A DNA stretch of 64,000 nucleotides, taken from the NCBI GenBank assembly GCA_054600435.1, contig BAAIJX010000026.1:124001-188000 (forward strand), given 5' to 3'. Both the position numbers and the translations under genes were made by a program. The first letter of the stretch is position 1. Every line of letters begins with the position of its first letter. Source of the stretch: Neophaeotheca triangularis. Its lineage: Eukaryota. Positions 42,904 through 54,602 of the stretch are shown here, one piece after another. The notes beneath the pieces were generated by a model. The model did not search any database and was not told the origin of the DNA. It worked only from the letters and a program-made list of their open reading frames with translations.

Positions 42904-44837
42904 ATGAACGGTGTCCCCACTGCCAACGGTGAAATCGACGGCATCAGATTGAAGCAGCCGCAAGGCATGGCTGCCAGCATGAACAACACCCCAACCGCCG
43001 ACAACATGGCCAACGGCACCACCCAAATGAGCGCTTCCGAGTCGCCTTCGCGCGCTTTCGAGCTGCTCAAGTCCTACCGTAGTAAGGACGGTATCAGTGC
43101 CGACGAGCTTCTTGACCCGGTCAAGAACGGCGGACTGACCTACAATGACTTCCTCCTTCTCCCCGGTTACATAGGCTTCCCTGCTGCAGCCGTCGACCTC
43201 ACCTCTCGCATCACCCGCAACATTCAGCTTAAGACTCCCTTCACTTCCTCGCCCATGGACACTGTCACAGAGACAGACATGGCCATTCACATGGCTTTGT
43301 TGGGCGGTGTTGGTGTCATCCATCACAACTGCAGCATCGAAGAGCAAGCCGAGATGGTCAGGAAGGTCAAGAGATTCGAGAACGGCTTCATCCTGGACCC
43401 CATCGTCATCTCTCCGGAGACGACCGTGGCGGAAGCTAGAGCACTCAAGTCGCAGTGGGGATTTGGCGGATTCCCAGTGACTGGTAAGTCTATCGGCTTC
43501 GTTTCTCACTCGCCCTCGCATGATGCTACAAACCATATTTAACTTTCGTTCAACCGCAAGCGCCTGGCCAGTGTGCCAGGTGCAATGTGGAGAGGAGATC
43601 GTCTGATCGGCTTTTCGACATACCCCCGAAGTTCTGTTTTAGCAGCTACGAGGTCGCGTACTAATCATACAACTTAACAGAGACCGGCAAGCTCCGCAGC
43701 AGACTCGTGGGTATCATTACACCCCGGGACATCCAATTCCACTCCAACGCGTCGTCCCCGGTCACCGAGGTGATGTCTAAGGACCTCGTCACAGCCCGCG
43801 AAGGAGTTTCCCTCCTTGAAGCCAACGAGATCCTCTCCAAGTCCAAGAAGGGCAAGCTTCCCATCGTCGACGCCGACAACAACCTGATTTCTATCCTCTC
43901 CCGCTCCGATCTGATGAAGAACCTTTCCTACCCACTTGCATCGAAGCTTCCGGGTACCAAGCAACTCCTCTCCGCGGCGGCCATTGGTACGAGGGAGAAC
44001 GACAAAGAACGCGTACGCGCGCTTGTAGAGGCTGGCCTGGACATCGTCATCCTTGACTCCAGCCAGGGCAACAGCATGTTCCAGATTGACATGATCAAGT
44101 GGATCAAGTCCAACTTCCCCAAGCTCGAAGTCATTGGCGGCAATGTTGTGACTCGCGACCAAGCAGCGCCTTTGATCGCTGCAGGTGTCGATGGGCTCCG
44201 CATAGGTATGGGCGCTGGTTCGGCATGCATCACACAGGAGGTCATGGCCGTCGGCCGTCCTCAAGCCACTTCGGTCTACCGTGTCGCTGAGTTTGCTGCT
44301 CGCTTCGGTGTTCCTTGTATCGCAGATGGCGGTATTCAGAACGTCGGCCACATCGTCAAGGCCCTCGCGCTCGGTGCCAGCACGATCATGATGGGTGGGC
44401 TTTTGGCAGCTACGACCGAGTCGCCTGGTCAATACATTGTCGGTGGTGACGGTCAGCTGCGCAAGACTTACCGCGGCATGGGCTCTATCGACGCCATGGA
44501 GGACAAAAAGGCCGCTGGCCCGGGCTCAGCTGGCGACAAGGCCGGTAACACCGCCAAGAACGCAGGCACTGCGCGATACTTCTCCGAGGGCGACAGACTG
44601 CTGGTTGCTCAAGGAGTCTCGGGCAGCGTTCTGGACCGCGGCAGCATTACCAAATTCTGCCCCTACCTCATGGCTGGTGTGCAGCACTCGCTTCAGGACA
44701 TTGGTGTTCAGAGCCTTGATGCTCTGCGTGAGGGTGTCTTGAAAGGCGATGTGCGTTTCGAGCTCCGTACTGCCAGTGCTCAGACTGAGGGTGGTGTGCA
44801 CGGCATGGTTGGTGTTGAGAAGAAGTTGTACAGCTAG
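42904..44837 (+). CDS. IMD: Inosine-5'-monophosphate dehydrogenase
   Basis: Exons 42904-43483 and 43681-44837 (197-nt intron). Motifs [21 protein letters not shown], a CBS pair, [19 protein letters not shown] (catalytic Cys), ADGGI, YRGMGS and VAQGVSG. Confidence 0.97.
43516..43610 (+). ncRNA. snR54: Intronic box C/D snoRNA, snR54 (U59/SNORD59) family, guide for 18S rRNA 2'-O-methyladenosine
   Basis: Box C ATGATGC at 43520; guide TAACTTTCGTTCA (43540-43552) complementary to the conserved 18S segment GAACGAAAGTTA; degenerate D' at 43554; hairpin GCGCCTGGC/GCCAGGTGC; C'-like ATGTGGA; box D CTGA at 43603-43606. Yeast snR54 is also hosted in an IMPDH (IMD4) intron. Confidence 0.85.
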
Positions 44838-47315
44838 AGTGTTGACCGGTGATGCCTTTACGAATCTGGTGTTCTGGTGTCTGGGCGCTGTTGACGGACG
44901 GCCTATTGGGAGGCTTGACAACCATGCCATAAAAACATTCGTCGTTGAGTAGTTATCATCTTAGTCTCACCTCGTTTCCGTCGTGCACTGGTGTTGAATC
45001 AGAGGTTGTTATATGCGAACCCTGGAAGCCATCGCCACACCTTGAAGTTACACTGCATCGTCTCTTCTCGCTGCTCGCGTTAAACACGCCGACTTTCGTT
45101 CTCCTCTCACCAACCACGCAATCCGCACTGCCGCGAACCCTGGCGGACGACATCCAATCTTATGAAATCAAAGCAGTATCCAGGCGATCGCTACCACGTA
45201 CCCTTCCTGAAGATCATAGTCACGAAGTCGTACGACTTGTACCTAGCTTTCAGGCTGGAGAGGACTGGAGAATTTCGCTTGGCTTGCAGTGAAGGCAACG
45301 CCAATCGATGGAAGCCCACGGCGTCGGACTACATCTGTCTCTAAAATGCAGATTTAGCTACTAACGACCAGGAAGTGTCGACGGCTCGGGCTATCTATTT
45401 TAGGCTTTCTACTCTACGCCATGAAAGGACCTTTCTCCATCACTCACCACTGCAAGTGGAAAAGACCGCAGCGCGAGTGCTTGCTCGAAACAAACAGCCT
45501 TTCGATACTCCGGCGTCTACCGCTTAGCTTGCGCCTCTGAGGTCTCCAGAGCCCAGGCGTTATGAGACTTCGAGAGCCCTGGTCTCTTGGAATCACCATG
45601 GATAGAGCCAAGCAAGCTGCCATAGCTTGTGGCAACGCTTGTTTCTCCGGACGTCGCCACGAACGGTTTGCTGCAGAGAAACGGCCGCTTGCAAACGACA
45701 TCGGTCAAATGCGTACAGATTATGTGCATTCAATTGTGGGAAACGGTAGATGTCGCATGGATGCGATCAGCGGACGATCGAAAGGTCGGTGCAGTCATCT
45801 GGCCTAACCTTCCTGGATGTCTTCTAGGCTGTCATTAATATTGTCCGATTCGGCTTGAGGTAAAGGTGTCAAATCATCCTTCCCGGATGCTTGGACGAGG
45901 TTTACCTTTCCCTCGGTATTGAGATGACTTTGGCGATGTGGTGCATGCTTTTCTTCTTGGAGTCAAGAGATGAAGCTCTGTGCCACGTCCACGAGGGTTC
46001 TGGGCTGAGGATGCGTTTGCAAGCAAGCAAGATACTCTGGCTTGCTGCAAGAGAGTGAACACTCCAGCCCGCGTCGCGCATGAAAGTCGGCTTTGCTTGC
46101 CACATGACTTCCAACACAAATAGTGCCAGCGAAGGGTGTGAAATCTCCCTTGCCCAAGCGAACTTCAATTTGCACCGAGGCGTCTGGCCGAATGAAAGGT
46201 GATAGGGTAATGGTGCTGAATGCTGACCCCTCCTCTTTCGGCGGACGGGTCGATGGGAGACGTTGCATCCCTCGGCACGCGCGGTCAGTGCCGGTATAGT
46301 TAGTTCTTTCTCCAGTCTCCAAGAACAACCAATCGCTCTGCATTTGAGAGGAGAAGACTAAACTCTTTTGTCGATCACCACATGGTTGTCCTAGATTCGC
46401 GGTAAAAATGTCGATCCAATCACCAACAGTTGTCAAAGACAGGCTGTCTTTGCGCGGCTTTGCTCCTCCGAAAAGTCGGCCACCGTGCAAGATACAATGT
46501 GTATCGATTTCGATGCACTACCTTTTTCAGAGTTTAGAGGCGCATCGCCTCATCGGAGGGTGCCGCCTTGTGGATGTAACACAACTACACCTTGCCGTAC
46601 TGTGGAACGCCACAGACAGTCCTGTGAGCTATCATTGGACTTTGGCCTGATCACGAGCCACCTCTGCTCTCATCGGAGCTCAAGATGGATTCAATGAAGA
46701 ACAGTATCCCATACGCGGCGCACTATATCCAGACTACGCACGTTTCGCAGGATTTTGCCTACCCTGGGAAGTCGAACAAGCCCTCGTAGCCATAGGTCGT
46801 GGGATGAAGGGTACCTAAGTTACCATTCATCTCGAGGGCAGTCTGAGGGTGTGGAATCTGTTGCGATCTTTCCGCGGTGCATTGAAAGCTAGTGAACGAT
46901 ATCAAAACCCAGTGCGTGTCAAGTGTCTAGCTGAAATGTCAGAAGAAAGCCCGCAGGAAGCTGGACGGTAAAGATTGAACTACCAGTCTATCCGAGGACT
47001 CTAAAGACGCATCACATGGAAGACAGTCATCACCCCAGGGATTTCTATGGACACTGCGTTACTTTCGGACGATGCATTGAGTTGGAGAAACTTCAAGATA
47101 TGTGCCTAGGAGCAAACGTTGAACCAAATCCTGCCTCGGACCTTATCCTGTCTTCGCACCCTCAGTTGACCAATGGCATTCTCCCAGCAGGACATCTCTT
47201 TAGACATGCCATTTAGAGACAGGTATATGATCTTACTCTCCCGCCTAGATTGGGGTCCTGAACCACAACAATACTTCATTCGCTATCAAACAATAAACTA
47301 GCCGAGTCAACAACT

Positions 47316-48708
47316 ATGAGGATTCACACTCTCACCGCCACCACTGTGGCGCTTCTTGCTGGCAATGCCGCAGCCTTTCCCCAGTACATCGACAAGTTGC
47401 TCGATGAGGCCACTTTGGAACAGGTTGATGTCCGCAAGCGCGCTATTGGCGACAGCCCTCAGGGCTTTGGTGCTCTCCCCGCCGTTCCGCCTCCCTTCAA
47501 CGCTCAAGAGCAGTACGTTAGCAACAAAGGCGTGCATGCATTTGTCCCGCCAGGCCCTGGCGACCACAGAGGGCCCTGTCCAGGTTCGTACCAAGTCATA
47601 GTCGAACAGCTTGTAACGTGACCTGACATTATGTTCCAGGTCTGAACGCTGCGGCGAACCACAACTACCTACCTCACAACGGCCGTGCCACCATTCAGCA
47701 GCTTATCGATGGCACCAACAAGGTCTACGGCATGGCCAAAGACCTTGGTGAGTTCCTTGCTGTCTACGGTGCCTTCGTCGACGGAGACACGTTCGGATGG
47801 AGCATCAGAGGCCAACCTCACGAGGGTATTGGCGGCTCGCACAACAACTACGAGGCCGATTCTTCGCCTCTGAAGAGTGATTTGGAACAGTACGGCAAGA
47901 ACGACAAGCTCGTTCTTTCGCAGTACAAGCAGCTGTACAACATGCAGCCAAACCCAAAGACGGCCAACTACAACCTTGAAGTCATGCGCGAGTTCAGGGG
48001 AAAGCGTTACGCCGAGTCAATTGCGAAGAACCCCAACTTCTCTTACTTGCCCTTCAGTAAGCTCAAAGCAAAGCGTCTTCTTACAGGCATCGAATTCTAA
48101 CGTTCATACCAGCCGGCATCCTCGTGACCCAGGCCGCGTACACGTTCATGTACAGGTTCATGGCGAACAAGTCAGCCGAATACCCCGAGGGTATCTTGGA
48201 CAAGGCCACCTTGAAGTCCTTCAACGCCATAGAGGGTACCGATGAGAAGCCCATCTGGAACCGTGGCCACGAACGCATCCCCGACAACTGGTACAAGCGC
48301 AACAAGAATGACGAATACTCTGTCCCCTACTTCCTGGCCGATGTCCTGTACTTTGCAGAGACACAGCCGGAAATCCTCGAAATCGGCTGCAACCAAGGCC
48401 GCGTTAACAGCTTTAACAAGTACGATTTCGACACGCTTGCCTCGGGCCGCAACATTGCGGAGAAGCTTGCGAAGAACCCGGTCTGTGTGGCGTCTCAGTT
48501 TGCAAAGGCTGAGATTCCCATGCTCACTGGCATCAAGCCCATCGACACTGCTTTTGCCCCGCTTGTCAGGATCTTGGACGCTGTCGTGAAGGAGTTTGAT
48601 TGCGAGAGCATTGGCGAGGTCAACTCGACTGCTCTTGTCGCCTGCCCTGGTTTCTCCTTCTACGGCGGTCCCACTGCTAAGGTCGCTCACGGCGCTATTC
48701 AGTCTTAG
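47316..48708 (+). CDS. Secreted heme-thiolate peroxidase / unspecific peroxygenase (chloroperoxidase family)
   Basis: Exons 47316-47583, 47640-48056 and 48113-48708. Signal peptide; RGPCPGLNAAANHNYLPHNG (PCP heme ligand), SHNNYEADSS and GHERIPDNWYKR. Confidence 0.9.
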
Positions 48709-49505
48709 ACGACTTTGGACTGAGTGTCGTCCGTCCAGTTTGTTGATTTGGACGAAGCGAAGTCAGTACTAGTGTGGTTTGTTGTTTTGTAGGATTTCGG
48801 ATCTATAGAGATGTAGAAGATGGATGATGATGTATCTGATGAAGCACATTGCTCATTGAAGAATTCTTTCCTCGGAATGTTAAGCTTCATTAAACGCATC
48901 CATTCAGACCAGGTGAACGGGCAGTCGAGGTACTTGTCAGCAGAGATCAATGATACCTATCTGTGGTCCGTGCGTAACGGTGCCGTGTCTCCAGCGCACG
49001 AGTCTAGGTACGAGTGTTCCCGAACTTCCATCTTCCTTTGTGCAACGCGGTCCACAGGAGTGTCGGCGAAACCAAGTCGTCGATTCAGGGCAATTTGCGG
49101 CTCTTGCAAAACTGAGACGCTGCGTCGGTACAAGATGGCGGTCGGCTGATGGGCCTTATCAGGCCATGGGCGGGCGCGGCACGGCAGTCGTTCATCAAGA
49201 CGGCACCGACAAGGCGATTCTATATAGGATATCCACTTTGATGTCTTGTCTACCCCCTATCACGTCGGATCGGATCATCAGTGCCGGAACTATTACTACC
49301 ACCGAACGTGGCCACTTGTGCAGCAATAATGCCAGCACTAGCCAAGTAGCTGGATGCCAGGACAATGCCCCACGTCTGTATAATAACCGACGAGCAGGCC
49401 TGTCACCTGTGCCGCTCTGTATATCTTCAAGAAGTCGAACATTACGATTAACCAGCACTTGCACTTTACTGCAACCACCGCCACCAGGCCCTCTAGCAGC
49501 TGAAA

Positions 49506-50345
49506 ATGCCATTCCACGAGCACGACGGTGCAAGCGTTTTCTACACTGACCAAGGCTCCAAGGACTCTCCGCCCATCCTCTTCCTCCACGGCTGGTCTTG
49601 CGACTCTCATGACTGGAGCTTCCAGATCCCGGTCCTGCTCAAGCATGGCATGCGCGTGGTTGCCATGGACCATCGCGGCCACGGCCGCTCCAGCGCACCG
49701 CGAGGCCCACTGGCCTACTCGCCCTACAAAATGGCCGCAGACGCCGTGTCGCTGCTTGAGCACCTGCAGACCGGGCCGGTCGTCCTCGTCGGTCATTCCA
49801 TGAGCTCCATTGTCGCCTCGGTGCTTACCGTCAAGCACAGTCAATGGGTGAAGGCTCTGGTGGTGGTACAGCCCATCTATGGAGGCATACCGCCACGCAT
49901 GCCCATCATGGCCGGAGAAATGCGTGCAGACTTCGAGCGCATCCAGCAGATGGCCGTGGACTTCTTCGACCTGGTCATGTACACGCCTCGAACTCCTGAC
50001 TGGATCCGTGTTTGGAACATGCGGCGCTTGCTTGGCAATGATCCCGAGGGTATCGTAGGGTGCCTGGAGGGTATTATTGATCTTGATGGCAAGGTCGTTG
50101 GCCGGGAGCCCGCAGCTATGGAGTTCATGCGCAAGCGAAACGAGAATGCACCACGCTTAGCTATGTGCGCCTTGCCCTCGCAGCCGCCTTTTGAGGAGGA
50201 GCTAGGTGTGGTTGAAGGCCGTGATGAGGTCCACCTGATCGATGAAGGAACCTTTTTAATGCAAGTGATGCCCGAGCATTTTAACAAGATTCTGCTGGCT
50301 TGGTTGCAAAAGAGGGAGATCCTGCCTGCGCAGAAGATTTCCTGA
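49506..50345 (+). CDS. Alpha/beta-hydrolase fold protein, intronless
   Basis: Motifs FLHGWSCD, MDHRGHGRS and the nucleophile elbow VGHSMS; 279 aa. Confidence 0.85.
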   Translation: MPFHEHDGASVFYTDQGSKDSPPILFLHGWSCDSHDWSFQIPVLLKHGMRVVAMDHRGHGRSSAPRGPLAYSPYKMAADAVSLLEHLQTGPVVLVGHSMSSIVASVLTVKHSQWVKALVVVQPIYGGIPPRMPIMAGEMRADFERIQQMAVDFFDLVMYTPRTPDWIRVWNMRRLLGNDPEGIVGCLEGIIDLDGKVVGREPAAMEFMRKRNENAPRLAMCALPSQPPFEEELGVVEGRDEVHLIDEGTFLMQVMPEHFNKILLAWLQKREILPAQKIS

Positions 50346-51243
50346 AACGACACACACCATACGGGTTCTATATAGGTCGATCGAGGTCTTTCGAAGCTGC
50401 ACTAAGCCCCTAGGCTCGTGAGTAAGCCTTCGCCTGTCGATCACTATATGGCTCATGGCTTATTATCTTTCTGCGGCATGCTCTCTCGGCTAGAAGATGT
50501 ACTAGATTTCTAGACCCTGCAATCTGCAATTCTCACTACCATGAATCTATATAGCTAATCCATACGAGTGTGGTCGCATGTCGTCCCAAAGGCCCGGGAT
50601 GTGGGCAGTCCGCTAAGTTTGGCACTGATGCCGTGGAATGCTTGGTCTGGACTTGTGGTATCGATCTGCCTCCCACCTGTATGGGACTTGCGCTTACCAA
50701 AATATGCCCATGATGCTGCCGAGACTCTGAACTCTATTAAGATGCCTTGCTCGTTGCAACCTGTCTAGCAATACTGTGAAGGTTGCAGAATACGGGTCGA
50801 ACCAGAACCTCTTTCAGCTCTGCCCAGCGAAGACCGAAAGTCGGTTTTGCTGAAGAGATTTTAGTGAGCTTGTCATGACTACTTCGAGCGTGATAAACCC
50901 GCAGTCAAGGCCACCTGTCGCCGTACCGGAGCGGAAATCGAGTGGTTGGCTCCTCTATAACAGCTGCTACGGTCATAACATTGAGCAAGAGCAGTCATTC
51001 TGGACTCTTGACTTCTGCGGGGAGGGAGAGCCGGTCCAATAATGACCTTTTTCATGTTAGGCGTGTTTGCGCAACCTCCGCCTGGCCATGTCAGATCCAG
51101 CCAGCGTGAAGTTCCTACCGCAATAAATCTGGTTCCTCGAACATAGTAAGCAAAGCGAGCAGGTAGGCAGTCGGCTGCTCGTCCTTAAGTAATCTTGCGA
51201 CGTGCAAACAGCCCAGAATACTTCTCGTCCGGCTCCATCGACG

Positions 51244-52111
51244 ATGTTTCCCCCTTTACTCAAAATGTGTCGGGCTACACTGATCGTAGTGATTTTCATG
51301 GCCACTATGACAAGCTTTCTCAGACGTATTAACGGCCACGACTACGGAATGGCCATGACTTCATACACCACGATGACTGAGGGAGTCTGATCTCAGATGT
51401 CCTTCCATGAGGCCAGATTTTCCCATCACTACGACGCCCGCTTCGCAGTAGGTCGACTACCTTACGACGAGCGTAAGACAGCACTCAATCTCATCGTGCA
51501 AGCTCACTTGGCGAAGATGAACGATTTTGGCATTGAAAGCTGGCTGATGCATGGCTCCTTAATCGGTCGGTACTGGAATGGTAAGATCCTACGTGACGAC
51601 AATATCGACGTCATGGTCTCTGAGGAGTCCGTATACTACCTTACCTTGCCGTCCACCATAACACCACTCATCCCCGCAGTCGATCGGACGGTCCATTAGG
51701 GCGACGCTACCTTTTGGAAGACGATCCCGACCACAAAAAGTACACTTCTCCAAACAACAGCAATAAGATTGGCGCTCCATGGATCGATACGGAGACCGGC
51801 GTCTTCGTAGATATCACGACCTTAAGTCGAGGCGCAGAAGCGCAAGCTGCTGGGGCGAAGATGGCGCAATGGCAGTTAAAGACAGACATCGCTATCGCTT
51901 CGACGACATCTTCTCTTTGGAAGAGACGACTTTCGAGGGCACGTCGGTCAAGGTACCATCTGCTCACGCCAGTTTGCTAGCTGAAAAGTACGAGCAATAC
52001 AGTCTCACGGCCACTGACGTCTTCAACGATAATTTTCATCGAGACAAGTCGGAATGGCTACAAGATCTCCACCGCTTCGATGATTCGCATTGCTCCACCG
52101 GTGCATGCTAG
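51244..52111 (+). pseudogene. LicD-family / Mnn4-like mannosylphosphate transferase pseudogene
   Basis: Family motifs are spread over three frames: FHE..HYDARF, ESWLMHGSLIG.YWNGKIL.DDNIDV; RYLLE...WIDTETGVFVDIT; KDRHRY..DDIF.LEETTFEG..VKVP. In-frame TGA at 51388-51390 and frameshifts near 51642 and 51853. Confidence 0.82.
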
Positions 52112-52325
52112 ACGCTATTGTGAGTATGAGGTAATGTTAGCTTCCGTACAACTGAGGAACTGCTGTGAAAGCCCAGACGTCGTCGGTATACTGTATAGAG
52201 AAGCCGACTGCAACTTACTCGCACATTACTCCAGCTAAGCACGGAAGTGTTGAAGTTCAAGCAACCATGCCGTTTCTCCTTGAGATCGGCACCGTTAATT
52301 CAGCTTCTGAGTGATCTCGAGTTGT

Positions 52326-52334
52326 TCCACCAAT
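52326..52334 (+). promoter_or_regulatory. Galacturonic-acid-responsive element (TCCNCCAAT, GaaR-type) upstream of the exopolygalacturonase
   Basis: TCCACCAAT lies about 300 nt upstream of ATG 52626. CreA-type SYGGRG sites (52229, 52359, 52379) and PacC-type GCCAAG sites (52340, 52553) are nearby. Confidence 0.6.
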
Positions 52335-52625
52335 CGAGAGCCAAGCGATTGTTGTCTTGTGGGGATATAAGGCTCGCTCCCCACAATAAAAATGGAGATG
52401 GAGACGGGGAAAATAATGTTGCGAAGAGGGGAACATTGCTCGAATACCTCCGTAGAATGTTCGGGGAGGGACCTGGATAATTGCATCGCAGTAATAGAAG
52501 GTAGGCAAAAGACTTCAAGGTACTTAAACCAGCCGAGCCGCCGCCATGAAAGGCCAAGTACGCCAACTCCCTTTCTTAATCCATCCTTTTGAGCTTGGTA
52601 TCCTCTTGTACCAAGAGTCCGCAAG

Positions 52626-54128
52626 ATGCGCTTCACTTCTTCTCTCGCTGCGCTAGCTGCCCAAGCTCTTTGCGCCTCCGCAACATGGACGGCTTACAAA
52701 GAGTACCTCGAGGACTTGCCTCAGGATGTCTCGAAGCGTTCTGAGCACCACAGGAGCCATCGCCCGGAACACCACTTCCACCCGTACACTCCATGCCGTC
52801 AGTGGGGCTCGCACCCAAGGCACAAAGAGTGCGTCGTGAAGACTCACGACGACATGGAGACAGACGATTCCGAGTACATCCTCGACGCTCTCCACGAATG
52901 CAACCACGGCGGCACTGTTGTCTTCCCGGCGGGCAAGACATATGTCATCGGCACAGCGCTGGATATGAAGTTCCTCGAGAACATCGACATCGACATGCAA
53001 GCCTACGTCCAGTTCACCAACGACACCGAATACTGGGAGGCCAATTCTTTCAAGCAGATCTACCAGAACGCTACAACCTTCTTCGAGCTCGGTGGCACCG
53101 ATGTCAACCTCTACGGTGGCGGCATGCTCGACGGTAACGGCCAAGTCTGGTACGACCTGTACGCTGAGGACATTTACATCCTCCGCCCGATCCTCTTCGG
53201 GACATTGTCGATGCACTCTGGTAGTATCTCGGGCTTGAGGCTTCGCTACTCGCCACAATGGTTCAACTTCGTTGCCAACAGCACCGATGTCGTGTTTCAG
53301 GACATGGACATTCGCGGTGGCTCGGAGAGCAACAACACTGCAAAGAACACTGATGGTATGCTTGTTGAAACACTTTGTCGCACCGCTTGGACCCGCGGCT
53401 AATTGAATATCCAGGCTGGGATACTTACCGTAGTGACAACATTGTCATTCAGGACTCTGTCGTCGACAACGGCGATGATTGTGTGAGCTTTGTGAGTATC
53501 GAGTCGCTCCTGAGTGCTACGCCCTGACAGCGCGATCTAACGCATCCAACCTCAGAAACCCAACAGCACCGAGATCCTGATCCAGAACCTACAATGCAAC
53601 GGCTCCCACGGTATTTCCGTCGGCTCCCTCGGCCAGTACCCCGGCGAAGTGGACATTGTCGAAAACATCATGGTCAGCAACATCAGAATGTCCAACGCGT
53701 CGGATGGTGCGCGCATCAAAGTCTGGCCGGGAGCCTCGGCCGCCCTCTCTGGCGACCTACAAGGCGGCGGCGGTTCCGGCAGAGTGCAAAACATCACCTA
53801 CGAGGGCATGTACATCAGCAACGTCGACTACGCCATCGAGATTACACAGTGCTACGGCCAGCGCAACTTGACCGCTTGCAACGAGTTCCCGTCGAGCTTG
53901 GAGATCAGTGATATCTTTATGCGGGATTTCAAGGGGGAGACGAGCGAGAATTACGACCCTATCAGCGGAACGGTCGTTTGTTCGAGCCCGGATGTTTGTG
54001 GGAATATCAATGTGGAGGATATCAGGGTGGTTTCTCCTAGTGGCGTTGTCAACCAGTTTGAGTGTGACAATGTGGATGAGGGTCTGCTGGAAGGGATCGA
54101 GTGTACTCCTCTTGAAGACGACGAGTAG
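52626..54128 (+). CDS. Secreted exopolygalacturonase, GH28 (PgxB-like)
   Basis: Exons 52626-53355, 53415-53491 and 53556-54128. Signal peptide; GH28 motifs NTDG, GDD, GSHG and RIK. Confidence 0.93.
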
Positions 54129-54602
54129 ATGGTCGCGACAGTACTTGAAACATCATGACTACTTTTCGTACCCTCGGCTGATGGTATTTTCGCCCGCAGC
54201 GTTCCCCTACTCTCTCCTTGCCACATTTTAGTTGGTGACGGTACGGATGACTACATAATATATCTCTTGGAGTCTGTTTGGGCGACGACCACGATCGATG
54301 CTCGACTTACCCCAACTCTGACCCTGAGATGTGGACCCAGTGGGACCCAAGATCAATCCAAGCCCTCCACTCCCTGCGAAGCCAATCTACGCCACTGTAG
54401 TCTGTCAGGTAAGGTACCACCTTCCTTGGACGATCTGGGGTACAGCTCCAACGTCACTCGAGATCGGAAAAAGAAACACTTCAACACACCAAAGCGTGTC
54501 CTGTTCCCGAATACCGTCTCGTGCCCATACACTCTTCTCAAACTTCTCTCTTCGCACTGTAGGTATTTCTCACCACTTTTCAGTATTCACCTGCCCTCCA
54601 TA

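Noticed and set aside
44945..46700. Short ORFs after IMPDH (e.g. 45963-46490, 175 aa)
   Set aside because: No motifs, convincing starts or codon bias; at most unidentifiable relics.
42904..50345. IMPDH as a self-resistance gene marking a mycophenolate-like biosynthetic cluster with the nearby oxidase and hydrolase
   Set aside because: There is no PKS, NRPS or prenyltransferase in the window. This IMPDH has the canonical YRGMGS motif, hosts the conserved snR54 and sits beside core IQGAP, so it looks like the housekeeping copy.
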